Source of the DNA: Pseudomonas phage PaMx73
Length of the DNA stretch: 24,000 nucleotides
Direction: 5' to 3' (one strand)
Sequence record: JQ067085.2
Within the stretch, counting starts at the first letter, position 1. Each line of letters opens with the position of its first letter. The notes under the pieces were generated by a model, which saw nothing but the letters and a program-made list of their open reading frames with translations, did not search any database and was not told the origin of the DNA. This document shows, piece by piece, positions 8,523-17,138 of the stretch. The position numbers were made by a program, and so were the translations under genes.

Positions 8523-8920
8523 GCCTACGCGCCGTCAACCTCGCAAAAATCCACATCGCCAAGACCCAGCTCGGCATGGACGATGACACCTATCGCGCAT
8601 TGCTCGCTCGCGTCGCGGGCGTGCGCTCGGCCAAGGACTTAGGGCCGCGCCAGGTCGATCAGGTGCTGGTCGAACTCCAGCGTTTGGGCTGGAAACCGAA
8701 GAGCAATCGGCAAGGCCGGGCGACGCCAAAAGTGCCGCAAAACCGGCAAACCGTGCTGCGCAAAATCACCGCGCTCCTGGCCAGCGCCCATCGCCCCTGG
8801 AGCTACGCCGACCACATGGCCCGGCGCATGTTCCAGGTCGAGCGGGTCGAGTGGCTGGACGACAGCCAGCTCTACCGGCTGATGCAGGCGCTTATCATTG
8901 ACAGGAGCCGCCATGAGTAG
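8519..8920 (+). CDS. gemA: GemA-like / Mu gp16-like regulatory protein
   Basis: 133 aa; LAKIHIAKTQLGMDDDTYRALLARVAGVRSAKDLGPRQVDQVLVELQRLGW is a hallmark N-terminus of this family. Confidence 0.85.
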   Translation: MSLRAVNLAKIHIAKTQLGMDDDTYRALLARVAGVRSAKDLGPRQVDQVLVELQRLGWKPKSNRQGRATPKVPQNRQTVLRKITALLASAHRPWSYADHMARRMFQVERVEWLDDSQLYRLMQALIIDRSRHE

Positions 8921-9362
8921 GTCTGAAGTCGATCTTCGGGAGGTCCAGGACATGCTGCCGGATACCGTCCGCGACATGGCCGGACGCATCGGCCTGCCGG
9001 CCACGCTGGTAGTAGTCGAGCAGCTCGGCGGCACGTCCTGGCGGATAGCCGAGGGCCGGGCGCGGAGGGGCGAAGCGCGCCGGGCTGCGCTGGCCGAGCT
9101 GGTGGGCAGCGACATCGAGGAGCAGCTCCACACGCACTATCGGGGCGAAGAAATTTACGTGGCCCGCTGCCACAAAGCACTGGTACGGTGGCGCGATCTG
9201 GAGATCGTCGAGCGCTTCGAACAGGGCTTGCGTGATGGGCAAACCGCCCGTAGCCTGCTCAGCGATCTAGCCCGCCAGTACAACCTATCCGACCGCTGGA
9301 TATGGGAGATTGTCAACCGGCCGAGCGAGCCGGCACCGCAACAATCCACCCTGTTCCACTAA
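8913..9362 (+). CDS. mor: Mor-like transcriptional activator
   Basis: LVVVEQLGGTSWRIAEGRARR... and C-terminal HTH SDLARQYNLSDRWIWEIV; sits at the early/late junction. Confidence 0.85.
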   Translation: MSRSEVDLREVQDMLPDTVRDMAGRIGLPATLVVVEQLGGTSWRIAEGRARRGEARRAALAELVGSDIEEQLHTHYRGEEIYVARCHKALVRWRDLEIVERFEQGLRDGQTARSLLSDLARQYNLSDRWIWEIVNRPSEPAPQQSTLFH

Positions 9363-9383
9363 GCCGGGGCGCAACGCCCCGGC
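9363..9383 (+). terminator. Strong hairpin directly after the mor stop, possible terminator
   Basis: GCCGGGGCG-CAA-CGCCCCGGC, 9-bp perfect stem; no following T run. Confidence 0.45.
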
Positions 9384-9413
9384 CGGCGTCTCCGCGCCGA
9401 TCCTGTCTCAGCC

Positions 9414-9467
9414 GTTGAACCCCTTCCGCTAATCCCGCGTCGCACTCGCCGCCACGATGGCGGCATG
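9414..9467 (+). promoter_or_regulatory. Candidate late promoter/leader element, copy 1
   Basis: GTTGAACCCCTTC...TAA...GCCGCCA-CGA-TGGCGGC-ATG; similar element at 18593-18647. Confidence 0.4.
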
Positions 9468-9812
9468 AGCACATCTAGCCCCCCAACGTCTCTACGCAGC
9501 CCCCGCGACTACGCCGCCGCCATCCTGGCCGAGCCCAGCCGCGAGCGTCGTAACGCTCTGCTGGCAGCCTGCCCGGTCAACTGGCAGCAGCTTGTTCGGG
9601 CGCACGTCGAGGACGCCTTCGCGAAGGTCAAGGCGTATCGCCAGATGATGGACAACCGCGCCGAGTCGATCCGGCGCGGCCCGCCTGCTGCTCCCCGCGT
9701 CACCGACACCGATTTCCGCATATCCAATTACACCAAGTCCGCCCCGGAGGTAGGCAATGCGCACCTATCCGCAATTCGGGCAGCGCTCGCAACGGAAGCA
9801 CCAAATGCCTGA
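9465..9812 (+). CDS. First gene of late block, unknown function
   Basis: 115-aa ORF after the mor terminator-like hairpin. Confidence 0.65.
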   Translation: MSTSSPPTSLRSPRDYAAAILAEPSRERRNALLAACPVNWQQLVRAHVEDAFAKVKAYRQMMDNRAESIRRGPPAAPRVTDTDFRISNYTKSAPEVGNAHLSAIRAALATEAPNA

Positions 9813-10227
9813 TCCCGCATCCACCTCGGCCGGCAGCGCCGCGCTGCTGAAAATGTTTGGCATCCACATCAGCGCGGGCGCCCTGGCCGCCGCCCTGGGC
9901 TTCCTGGTCCTGTGGCCCCGGACCATGAAAGAGGGGTTCGCCCGGCTGTTCTGCACCATCGTCGCGTCCAGCGTCTTCGGCCCGATCCTGGTGGTTTACC
10001 TGCACTCCAACCGCCCCGAGCTGTTCGAGTCCGCCCAGGTGGTGGCCGGGCTCTACCAACTGGAGCCAGCGGTCGGCCTGCTGTTCGTTTCCGCTCCGCT
10101 CCTGGTGATTGCCGGTCTGCCCGCCTGGTGGCTGATCGGTGCGGCCCTGCGCCTGTTTGAGCGGGACGGCGATTCATGGCTGGGCGCGTTCGCTCAGTGG
10201 GTAAAACGCAAACTGGAGAACAACTGA
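9757..10227 (+). CDS. Putative membrane protein, lysis-cassette associated (holin candidate)
   Basis: GGAGGT upstream of ATG 9757; several hydrophobic stretches; directly upstream of the lytic enzyme. Confidence 0.6.
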   Translation: MRTYPQFGQRSQRKHQMPDPASTSAGSAALLKMFGIHISAGALAAALGFLVLWPRTMKEGFARLFCTIVASSVFGPILVVYLHSNRPELFESAQVVAGLYQLEPAVGLLFVSAPLLVIAGLPAWWLIGAALRLFERDGDSWLGAFAQWVKRKLENN

Positions 10228-10643
10228 TGGCCCTTCAACCTCGCGGCATCCGCAACAACAACCCCGGCAACATCGTTTGGTCGGCACGCAACAACTGGCA
10301 GGGCCAGCTCCCGCACAACCCGAAGGTCGAGCCCCGATTCGCCCGCTTCGACACCGCGCATAACGGCATCCGCGCCCTGGCAAAGCTGCTGCTGAACTAT
10401 CGCAAGGTCCACGGCCTGCGCACCGTCGAATCGTTGATCGCACGCTGGGCGCCGTCCAACGAGAACGACACCCGCGCATATGCCACGGCCGTGGCCCGAG
10501 CCATGGGGGTTCCGCCGCAGGCCGGCCTGCACATGGACCAGGACACCCTGGCCGCCCTGGTGACCGCGATCATTCGGCACGAAAACGGGCAGCAGCCCTA
10601 CAGCGCCGAGCAGATCGCCCAGGCCGTGCGGGAGGTGCTGTGA
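10227..10643 (+). CDS. Phage lytic transglycosylase/endolysin-like protein
   Basis: MALQPRGIRNNNPGNIVW...FDTAHNGIRALAKLLLNYRKVHGLRTVESLIARWAPSNENDTRAYATAVARAMGV. Confidence 0.85.
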   Translation: MALQPRGIRNNNPGNIVWSARNNWQGQLPHNPKVEPRFARFDTAHNGIRALAKLLLNYRKVHGLRTVESLIARWAPSNENDTRAYATAVARAMGVPPQAGLHMDQDTLAALVTAIIRHENGQQPYSAEQIAQAVREVL

Positions 10644-10885
10644 TGCAGCGCCCCAGCGGAATCAGCCTCAGCGATCTGTTCGCGATCTGCCGTGAAGACC
10701 CGGCCAACCGATGGCTCTGGATACGCCTCTATCTCCGCGACCTGCTGGCCCGTGTCGTGATTCTGGCCTTCATTGCAATCGGTGCCGCAGGCCTTGCCTA
10801 TGGCCTGGGCGGGGCGTTCGCTTACGGCTTCATGCAGACCGTTGCGTCCTACCAGGTCCAGCTCAGCGTCGAGAAATCGCCATGA
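10643..10885 (+). CDS. Small membrane protein in lysis cassette
   Basis: 80 aa; hydrophobic LLARVVILAFIAIGAAGLAYGLGGAFAYGFM. Confidence 0.6.
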   Translation: MQRPSGISLSDLFAICREDPANRWLWIRLYLRDLLARVVILAFIAIGAAGLAYGLGGAFAYGFMQTVASYQVQLSVEKSP

Positions 10886-11283
10886 CCTGGCGCGTCGGCC
10901 TGATTGTCTTTGTGCTCCTGGTGATGGTCTGGACGGCCGGCTGGTGGGGCGGTCGCGAGGCAGGCCTGGCCGATGGGCGCGCCGCCTGCGCCGACGCACA
11001 GACGCGCGCTTATCGCGACGTCCTGGAGCAGTCGGCGGCACAACTGAAGACGGTCCAGGACACCAGCGCGGCTCTTTTCCAGCGCCTGGCCAAGCGGGCC
11101 GACAGCGACCAACAAACTACTCGGGAGCTTCGCCATGCCCTGGCCGAAACCGCTGCTGATCGCGCTGCCTGCCGCTTTCCTGCTGGCGTCATGCAGCAGC
11201 TCGAAACCGCCCGTCAACGTGCCGCCAAGGCCACTACCGGCGGCCTTGGCTCAACCGTGCCCGACCCCGGTGGCGGTGACTGA
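10882..11283 (+). CDS. Rz: Rz-like inner membrane spanin
   Basis: N-terminal TM MTWRVGLIVFVLLVMVWTAGWWGG followed by a long charged helical periplasmic segment; encodes overlapping Rz1-like ORF. Confidence 0.75.
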   Translation: MTWRVGLIVFVLLVMVWTAGWWGGREAGLADGRAACADAQTRAYRDVLEQSAAQLKTVQDTSAALFQRLAKRADSDQQTTRELRHALAETAADRAACRFPAGVMQQLETARQRAAKATTGGLGSTVPDPGGGD

Positions 11284-11389
11284 TGACAGCCCCGATGCCG
11301 CCGCAATTGCCCTCAAACAACTCTACGACCAATACGGCGTTTGCGCCGGCCTGCACTGGGACACCGTGCGGCACCTTCAAAAGGACTGA
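11135..11389 (+). CDS. Rz1: Rz1-like outer membrane lipoprotein spanin
   Basis: Lipobox-like LLASC after hydrophobic signal, proline-rich C-terminal part; +1 frame overlap with the Rz-like gene. Confidence 0.75.
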   Translation: MPWPKPLLIALPAAFLLASCSSSKPPVNVPPRPLPAALAQPCPTPVAVTDDSPDAAAIALKQLYDQYGVCAGLHWDTVRHLQKD

Positions 11390-11393
11390 TCCG

Positions 11394-11582
11394 ATGACCG
11401 AAAAGAAAGCCTCTCCCGAGTTCGAACTGCTGCAACGCATCGACGGCCGCCTGGAGCGCTTCGAGGACCGATTCCCGCAGATCGAGCGTAAGGCCGTGCT
11501 GTACGGCTCGGCGGCCGGCGCGCTGGCGGGTGGCCTGGTTGCCTGCGGCCTGCTCGCGGCGCGTATCAAGCTCGGTATCTGA
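11394..11582 (+). CDS. Small protein with C-terminal TM segment
   Basis: 62 aa; LYGSAAGALAGGLVACGLLAARI. Confidence 0.6.
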   Translation: MTEKKASPEFELLQRIDGRLERFEDRFPQIERKAVLYGSAAGALAGGLVACGLLAARIKLGI

Positions 11583-11590
11583 GGTAGTCC

Positions 11591-12091
11591 ATGGCGCACC
11601 CGAAGGAAACCCGCGACGCCCTGCGCCGCGCCTATGTCCTCGACCGGCAGTCCCTGGAGGTCGCGGCCGCCATGTTCGGCGTCTCCTATGGCACCGCTCG
11701 CCGCTGGAAACAGCAGGCGGAAGCCGAGGGGGACGACTGGGACAAGGCGCAATCGGCGCAGTTGCTGGCCGGTGGCGGACTGGAAGACGTGGCGCGCCAG
11801 GTGCTGGCCGGCCTGGTGACTCAGTTCCAGGCCACGATGGAAGCCATCCAGGTAGACGCGGACATCAAGCCCGCCGTGAAGGTGCAGCTGCTCGCCAGCC
11901 TGGCCGATGCCTACAACAAGACGGTCAGCGCGTCCAAGCGTGTTCTGCCCGAAACATCAGCGCTGGCCACCGCTATGGAGGTGCTCCAGCGCCTGGCCAG
12001 CTTCATCCGTGAGCGGTTTCCGCAGCACGCCCACGCCTTTGCCGAGGTACTGGAGCCGTTTGGGGAGTTACTTGCGAGAGAAATTAAATGA
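11591..12091 (+). CDS. Terminase small subunit, Mu gp27-like
   Basis: N-terminal RRAYVLDRQSLEVAAAMFGVSYGTARRWKQQA HTH; directly precedes the large terminase region. Confidence 0.8.
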   Translation: MAHPKETRDALRRAYVLDRQSLEVAAAMFGVSYGTARRWKQQAEAEGDDWDKAQSAQLLAGGGLEDVARQVLAGLVTQFQATMEAIQVDADIKPAVKVQLLASLADAYNKTVSASKRVLPETSALATAMEVLQRLASFIRERFPQHAHAFAEVLEPFGELLAREIK

Positions 12092-12093
12092 AC

Positions 12094-12567
12094 TTAGAAC
12101 AGCCTACGACTAGGTCTCGGTTTGAGGGGGGCGGATGGCCTTATCTGAAGTTTAGTTCCACAACGGGGACAGTTTACGTAAATGGAGTTATGCCGTTGCA
12201 AAACACTTTTAACTCCCTCATTGAAACATTTAACACAAAGAGAGTGAGCAGGTTCGTCCCCTTGGCACTCTGGCTTAATACGGTAAATAAATGTCCCAAA
12301 CTCGGTGGCGGTGAGGGTATATCGGGCACTCTCCTCTTCCCATCGAATGTACTTGGCTATTTCCGCCTCAAGTTCCCGTATGCGGGCCGTAAGGCCTGTA
12401 TGTTCTGCATGGGCTGCGTTCAACTGCCCTTGGAGCCCAAGAAGAACGCCGTTGAGTTCAACAACCTTGGAAGTTACAGCTGCGTCCGTCTTCAACGTAA
12501 GCATGCCTTGCGTAATATCCGTGGCCGCCTTGATGCCGCCGTAGGCACCAGCAATCCAGTCCATCAT
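12094..12567 (-). CDS. Antisense accessory (moron) gene: predicted coiled coil plus zinc-ribbon-like C-terminus
   Basis: 157 aa from ATG at 12567 (AGAAGGAA upstream on minus strand); only long minus-strand ORF in an AT-rich patch; CVKC-x18-CPRC; wedged between terminase subunits. Confidence 0.8.
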   Translation of the reverse strand: MMDWIAGAYGGIKAATDITQGMLTLKTDAAVTSKVVELNGVLLGLQGQLNAAHAEHTGLTARIRELEAEIAKYIRWEEESARYTLTATEFGTFIYRIKPECQGDEPAHSLCVKCFNEGVKSVLQRHNSIYVNCPRCGTKLQIRPSAPLKPRPSRRLF

Positions 12568-12598
12568 GACCAGGTTCCTTCTGGGGAGAAATCGACCC

Positions 12599-14254
12599 AT
12601 GAAGGGTAACACCAGAGACTTCCTGGCGGATATTGCCCAGCTTGCGGGGGAGTTCCGCCGCCAGATCGAGGCCGAGGTCGCAGGTTTCGACCCCGACCCG
12701 AAGGCCAGCGCCGCCCGGCGTGAACGGGCCAGCGCGGACTATGAGTATTTCGCCCGGACCTACTTCCCGCACTACGTGAAGCGCGGTAACGCGCTGCTCC
12801 ACGACTACCTCTACAAGCGGTTGCCCGAGCTGGTGGACCACCCGGACGGCCAGCACGAAGCCATTGCGGCACCGCGTGGTAATGCCAAGTCCACCCTAGT
12901 GAGCCAAATATTCGTGATCTGGTGCGTACTCACCGGCCGCAAGCATTACCCCCTGATCATCATGGATGCCTTCGAACAGGCCGCCACGATGTTGGAGGCG
13001 ATCAAGGCGGAGCTGGAGTTCAATCCGCGCCTGGCCATGGACTTCCCCCAGGGCGCCGGCAAGGGCCGCGTCTGGCAAGTCGGCACCATCGTTACGGCGA
13101 ACGACGCCAAGGTCCAGGTCTTCGGTTCCGGCAAGCGGATGCGCGGCCTTCGACACGGCCCGCATCGTCCCGACCTGGTGATCGGCGACGACCTGGAGAA
13201 CGACGAGAACGTCCGCAGCCCGGAGCAGCGCGACAAGCTGGAAAACTGGCTGAAGAAGACCGTTCTGTCCCTCGGCTCGGCCGACGACACCATGGACGTG
13301 ATCATCATCGGCACCATCCTTCACTACGACTCGGTCCTGTCGCGCCTGCTGAAAAACCCACTGTGGAAGCGGCGCAAGTTCAAGGCGATCATTGAATGGC
13401 CGCACCGCATGGACCTGTGGGAGAAGTGGGAAGAGCTTCTGCTCAACTCGGACGACGAAGGGGCCGCCGCCCTGGAGTTCTACCAGGAGCGCGCCGCCGC
13501 CATGGAGGACGGCGCGATCATCTGCTGGCCGGATGGGCAGCCCCTCTACAAGCTTATGGTGAAACGTGCCCGCGATGGGCACTCGGCGTTCGACTCGGAA
13601 CAGCAGAACGACCCTGTCCAGGGCGAAAACGCCCCCTTCGCCGCCTGCATCACGTTCTGGGTCAACCGCCTGGCGCAATGGATGTTCTACGGCGCGTGCG
13701 ACCCGTCCCTTGGCAGGCAAGGTACCAGACGCGACCCCAGCGCCATCCTGGTGGGTGGGTTCAATCGGGAAACAGGTGTCCTGGACGTGGTCGAGGCCGG
13801 TATCCGCAAGCGCCTGCCGGACAAGATCATCGAGGACATCATCACCATGCAGCGGGCCTATCGCTGCCTGGTCTGGGGCGTTGAGGCAGTCCAGTTCCAG
13901 GAGTTCCTGCGCACCGAGCTGGTGAAGCGCTCGGCCAAGGCAGGCTGCCCAGTACCTGCCCGAGCGATCACCCCGCACGCCGACAAGCTGCTGCGCATCG
14001 AAAGTCTCCAGCCGCACATGGCCAACGGCCTAATCCGTCTGCATCCAAGCCAGACCGTCCTGGAACAACAGCTGCGCCACTTCCCGGCCGCAGACCACGA
14101 CGATGGCCCCGACGCCCTGCACATGCTCTGGATGCTCGCGACAACCGGTTTCGCTTCCATGGAGTTCGCCCTGGTAGGCCGGCAAGGGACCGCCAGCTCT
14201 GGTGGATTTGACGATTCATTTGACGTAGGTGGCCGCATGGGCGGCGACTGGTAG
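12599..14254 (+). CDS. Terminase large subunit, Mu gp28-like
   Basis: Walker A-like APRGNAKST, Walker B-like LVIGDDLEND; GGGGAG upstream of ATG 12599 (ORF track start 12566 is alternative). Confidence 0.9.
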   Translation: MKGNTRDFLADIAQLAGEFRRQIEAEVAGFDPDPKASAARRERASADYEYFARTYFPHYVKRGNALLHDYLYKRLPELVDHPDGQHEAIAAPRGNAKSTLVSQIFVIWCVLTGRKHYPLIIMDAFEQAATMLEAIKAELEFNPRLAMDFPQGAGKGRVWQVGTIVTANDAKVQVFGSGKRMRGLRHGPHRPDLVIGDDLENDENVRSPEQRDKLENWLKKTVLSLGSADDTMDVIIIGTILHYDSVLSRLLKNPLWKRRKFKAIIEWPHRMDLWEKWEELLLNSDDEGAAALEFYQERAAAMEDGAIICWPDGQPLYKLMVKRARDGHSAFDSEQQNDPVQGENAPFAACITFWVNRLAQWMFYGACDPSLGRQGTRRDPSAILVGGFNRETGVLDVVEAGIRKRLPDKIIEDIITMQRAYRCLVWGVEAVQFQEFLRTELVKRSAKAGCPVPARAITPHADKLLRIESLQPHMANGLIRLHPSQTVLEQQLRHFPAADHDDGPDALHMLWMLATTGFASMEFALVGRQGTASSGGFDDSFDVGGRMGGDW

Positions 14255-14265
14255 GAGACGCAACG

Positions 14266-15852
14266 ATGGCCGCCATCGTGGATATTTACGGCAACCCCCT
14301 GCGAACCCAGCAGCTGCGCAAGCAGCAGACCGCGCACCTGACGGGACTGGCCAAAGAGTTCGCCAACCACCCGGCCAAGGGGCTGACCCCAGCCAAGTTG
14401 GCTCGCATCTTGATCGAGGCCGAGCAGGGTCAACTCCAGGCTCAGGCCGAGTTGTTCATGGACATGGAGGAACGCGACGCCCACCTGTTCGCCGAAATGA
14501 GCAAGCGCAAGCGCGCTGTCCTCGGCCTGGACTGGACCATCGAGCCGCCGCGCAACGCCTCGGCCGCAGAGAAGGCCGACGCGGAGTATCTCCACGAGCT
14601 GCTGCTCGACCTGGAGGGCATTGAAGACCTCATGCTCGATTGCATGGACGGCGTCGGCCACGGCTATAGCGCTATCGAGCTGGACTGGTCCCTCCAGGGA
14701 CGGGAGTGGTTGCCGCAGGCCTTCGACCACCGGCCGCAGAGCTGGTTTCAACTGAACCCGGACGACCAGGACGAGCTGCGCTTGCGCGATAACAGCATCG
14801 CGGGCGAGGTACTCCAGCCGTTCGGCTGGATCATGCACAAGCCGCGTTCGCGCTCGGGATACGTGGCGCGTAGCGGGCTGTTCCGGGTGCTGGCCTGGCC
14901 GTACCTGTTCAAACACTACTCCACGGCCGACCTGGCGGAAATGCTCGAAATCTACGGTCTGCCGATCCGGCTCGGGAAGTACCCGCCCGGCACGCCCGAC
15001 GAAGAGAAGGTAACCCTGCTGCGAGCCGTGACCGGCCTCGGCCATGCCGCAGCGGGCATCATCCCCGAGAGTATGTCTATCGACTTCCAGGAAGCGTCGA
15101 AAGGCTCGGCCGAGCCGTTCATGGCCATGATGCGCTGGTGCGATGACTCGATGTCAAAGGCGATCCTGGGCGGCACGCTCACCAGCCAGACCAGCGAGTC
15201 GGGCGGCGGCGCCTACGCCCTGGGACAGGTCCATAACGAGGTGCGCCATGACCTTCTGGCGGCGGATGCCCGCCAGCTCGCCGCGACGCTGAGTCGCGAC
15301 CTACTCTGGCCCCTCCTGGTCCTCAACCGCTCCGGCAACCTCGACGCACGCCGCGCCCCCCGCCTGGTGTTCGACCTCAAGGACCGGGCCGACCTGGCCG
15401 CCATGGCAACGTCATTACCGCCCCTGGTCAAGCTGGGCGTCCAGGTGCCGGTCAACTGGGTCCAGGAGCAGCTGGGAATCCCGCTGCCAGCCAATGGCGA
15501 GGCGGTCCTGGTCGATCAGGTCGGAGCAGGTATCGCCCAGCTGAGCCGGCGCCCTGGTCCTCGCATCGCTGCGCTGGCCCAGGTGATCGGACCACGCTAC
15601 CGCGATCAGGAAGCGCTGGACCAGGTGCTGGCCAGCCTGCCGGCCCAGGACATGCAAAACCAGGCCGATAGCCTGGTCGCGCCGCTCCTGGATGTGATCA
15701 GCCGCGGAGGTAGCGAGGCCGAGCTGCTCGGCGCCCTGGCCGAGGCATTCCCGGATATGGACGACAGCGCCCTGGCGGATGCCCTCCATCGGTTACTGTT
15801 CGTGGCCGACACCTGGGGCCGGCTCAACGGCACGCTGGATCGGATCGACTGA
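14266..15852 (+). CDS. Portal protein, Mu gp29-like (DUF935 type)
   Basis: 528 aa; GLDWTIEPP, GYSAIELDW, HKPRSRSGYVARSGLFRVLAWPYLFKHYSTADLAEMLEIYGLPIRLGKYPPG. Confidence 0.9.
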   Translation: MAAIVDIYGNPLRTQQLRKQQTAHLTGLAKEFANHPAKGLTPAKLARILIEAEQGQLQAQAELFMDMEERDAHLFAEMSKRKRAVLGLDWTIEPPRNASAAEKADAEYLHELLLDLEGIEDLMLDCMDGVGHGYSAIELDWSLQGREWLPQAFDHRPQSWFQLNPDDQDELRLRDNSIAGEVLQPFGWIMHKPRSRSGYVARSGLFRVLAWPYLFKHYSTADLAEMLEIYGLPIRLGKYPPGTPDEEKVTLLRAVTGLGHAAAGIIPESMSIDFQEASKGSAEPFMAMMRWCDDSMSKAILGGTLTSQTSESGGGAYALGQVHNEVRHDLLAADARQLAATLSRDLLWPLLVLNRSGNLDARRAPRLVFDLKDRADLAAMATSLPPLVKLGVQVPVNWVQEQLGIPLPANGEAVLVDQVGAGIAQLSRRPGPRIAALAQVIGPRYRDQEALDQVLASLPAQDMQNQADSLVAPLLDVISRGGSEAELLGALAEAFPDMDDSALADALHRLLFVADTWGRLNGTLDRID

Positions 15853-17138
15853 TGGCAACGCCAACCGAGGCCGATCTGCGGGCCATCTTCGCCATGCGGC
15901 CGGAGGCCGCCATCGAGTACCTGGAGCGCAAAGGTTTCTCGATCACCTGGAACTGGCACGATGTTGACGCGGCCACCCATGCCCGAGCGCTGACGGTGGC
16001 CAAGGCGGCACGCCTGGACGTGCTCCAGGACATCCGCGACGCACTGGTCGATAACCTGGAACGTGGCGGAACGCTGCGCGACTTCCAGCGCAACCTGCGG
16101 CCGATCCTGGAGGCCAAGGGCTGGTGGGGACGCCAGATTGTGGTTGCGCCGGACGGCGGGGCCGAGGTCGCCCAGCTCGGCAGCCCGCGCCGGCTGGAAA
16201 CCATCTATCAGACCAACATGCAGTCGGCCTACATGGCCGGGCGCTATGCCGCCGCATACGAGGCCAGGGAAACCCACCCCTACTGGATGTATGTGGCGGT
16301 CATGGACAGCGTCACTCGGCCCAGTCATGCGGCGCTACATGGCAAGGTGTTCCGCTGGGACGACCCGATCTGGCAGCACATCATGCCGCCGAATGGCTAC
16401 AACTGCCGGTGCCGAATCGTTCCGTTGACGGCGGCCGCTGTGCGTCGCCGTGGTCTGACGGTCGAATCCAGCGTCGGCAAGACCGGCCAGGTGACCGTCG
16501 AGACGGGCGTAGACAAGCGGACAGGGGAGATTCGGGAGCAGACCTTGACCACCCTGGAGACGACCGACCGGGCCGGTCGGAAGATCCAATTTCGCCCCGA
16601 TGCCGGGTTCGACGGCAGCCCGATACAGAGCGCCCTGATGGACCAGGTGCTGTACAACAAGGCCGAGCGCACCCTGGGAGCGCCTGCCGCCCTCGGCGAG
16701 GTCCAGGACGTGCTCCTGGACCCGGTACGCCAGCGCGCCTGGCAGGCGTTTGTGGACCGCTCCACGTCGCCCCAGGGACAGACGATGTCGGTCGGCGTCC
16801 TCGATCCGACCGACATCACCTACGCGGCTGCCCAGGGTGCCCAGCTCCAGGCTGGCGTGGTATCGGCCAGCGACACCGTGATCCGTAACAGCCCGGTCGC
16901 TCGCGAGCAGCTGGCGAACCTGCCGCAGCGCCTGGCCCAGCCCGCCATGGTGCTGTGGGAGCGTGGCAGCGAGTCGCTGGTCTATGTCGTCCAGGATGGC
17001 GACTCGACCCTGGCGGTTCGGCTGCGCGGTGGCGTCTATGGGCCGGGCCAAATGGAGAACATCAGCCAGGTTACAGAGGTGACGATGGAAAGCATCGACG
17101 ACGGGCTCGCCCTGGGCCGTTACAGGAGGGTTCGCTAA
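15852..17138 (+). CDS. Minor head / head morphogenesis protein, Mu gpF-like
   Basis: 428 aa; ATG overlaps portal stop; RLETIYQTNMQSAYMAGRY and RPSHAALHGKVFRWDDPIWQHIMPPNGYNCRCRIVPL. Confidence 0.9.
   Translation: MATPTEADLRAIFAMRPEAAIEYLERKGFSITWNWHDVDAATHARALTVAKAARLDVLQDIRDALVDNLERGGTLRDFQRNLRPILEAKGWWGRQIVVAPDGGAEVAQLGSPRRLETIYQTNMQSAYMAGRYAAAYEARETHPYWMYVAVMDSVTRPSHAALHGKVFRWDDPIWQHIMPPNGYNCRCRIVPLTAAAVRRRGLTVESSVGKTGQVTVETGVDKRTGEIREQTLTTLETTDRAGRKIQFRPDAGFDGSPIQSALMDQVLYNKAERTLGAPAALGEVQDVLLDPVRQRAWQAFVDRSTSPQGQTMSVGVLDPTDITYAAAQGAQLQAGVVSASDTVIRNSPVAREQLANLPQRLAQPAMVLWERGSESLVYVVQDGDSTLAVRLRGGVYGPGQMENISQVTEVTMESIDDGLALGRYRRVR

Noticed and set aside
12088-12609. 173-aa plus-strand ORF over the AT-rich insert
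   Set aside because: Opposite of the minus-strand gene, which has the better RBS, coherent coiled-coil and CxxC pattern; plus frame looks non-coding.
12896-14017. 373-aa minus-strand ORF
   Set aside because: Antisense to terminase large subunit; shadow ORF.
13858-15045. 395-aa minus-strand ORF
   Set aside because: Antisense to terminase large and portal genes; His/Gln/Val-rich shadow composition, no RBS or domain support.
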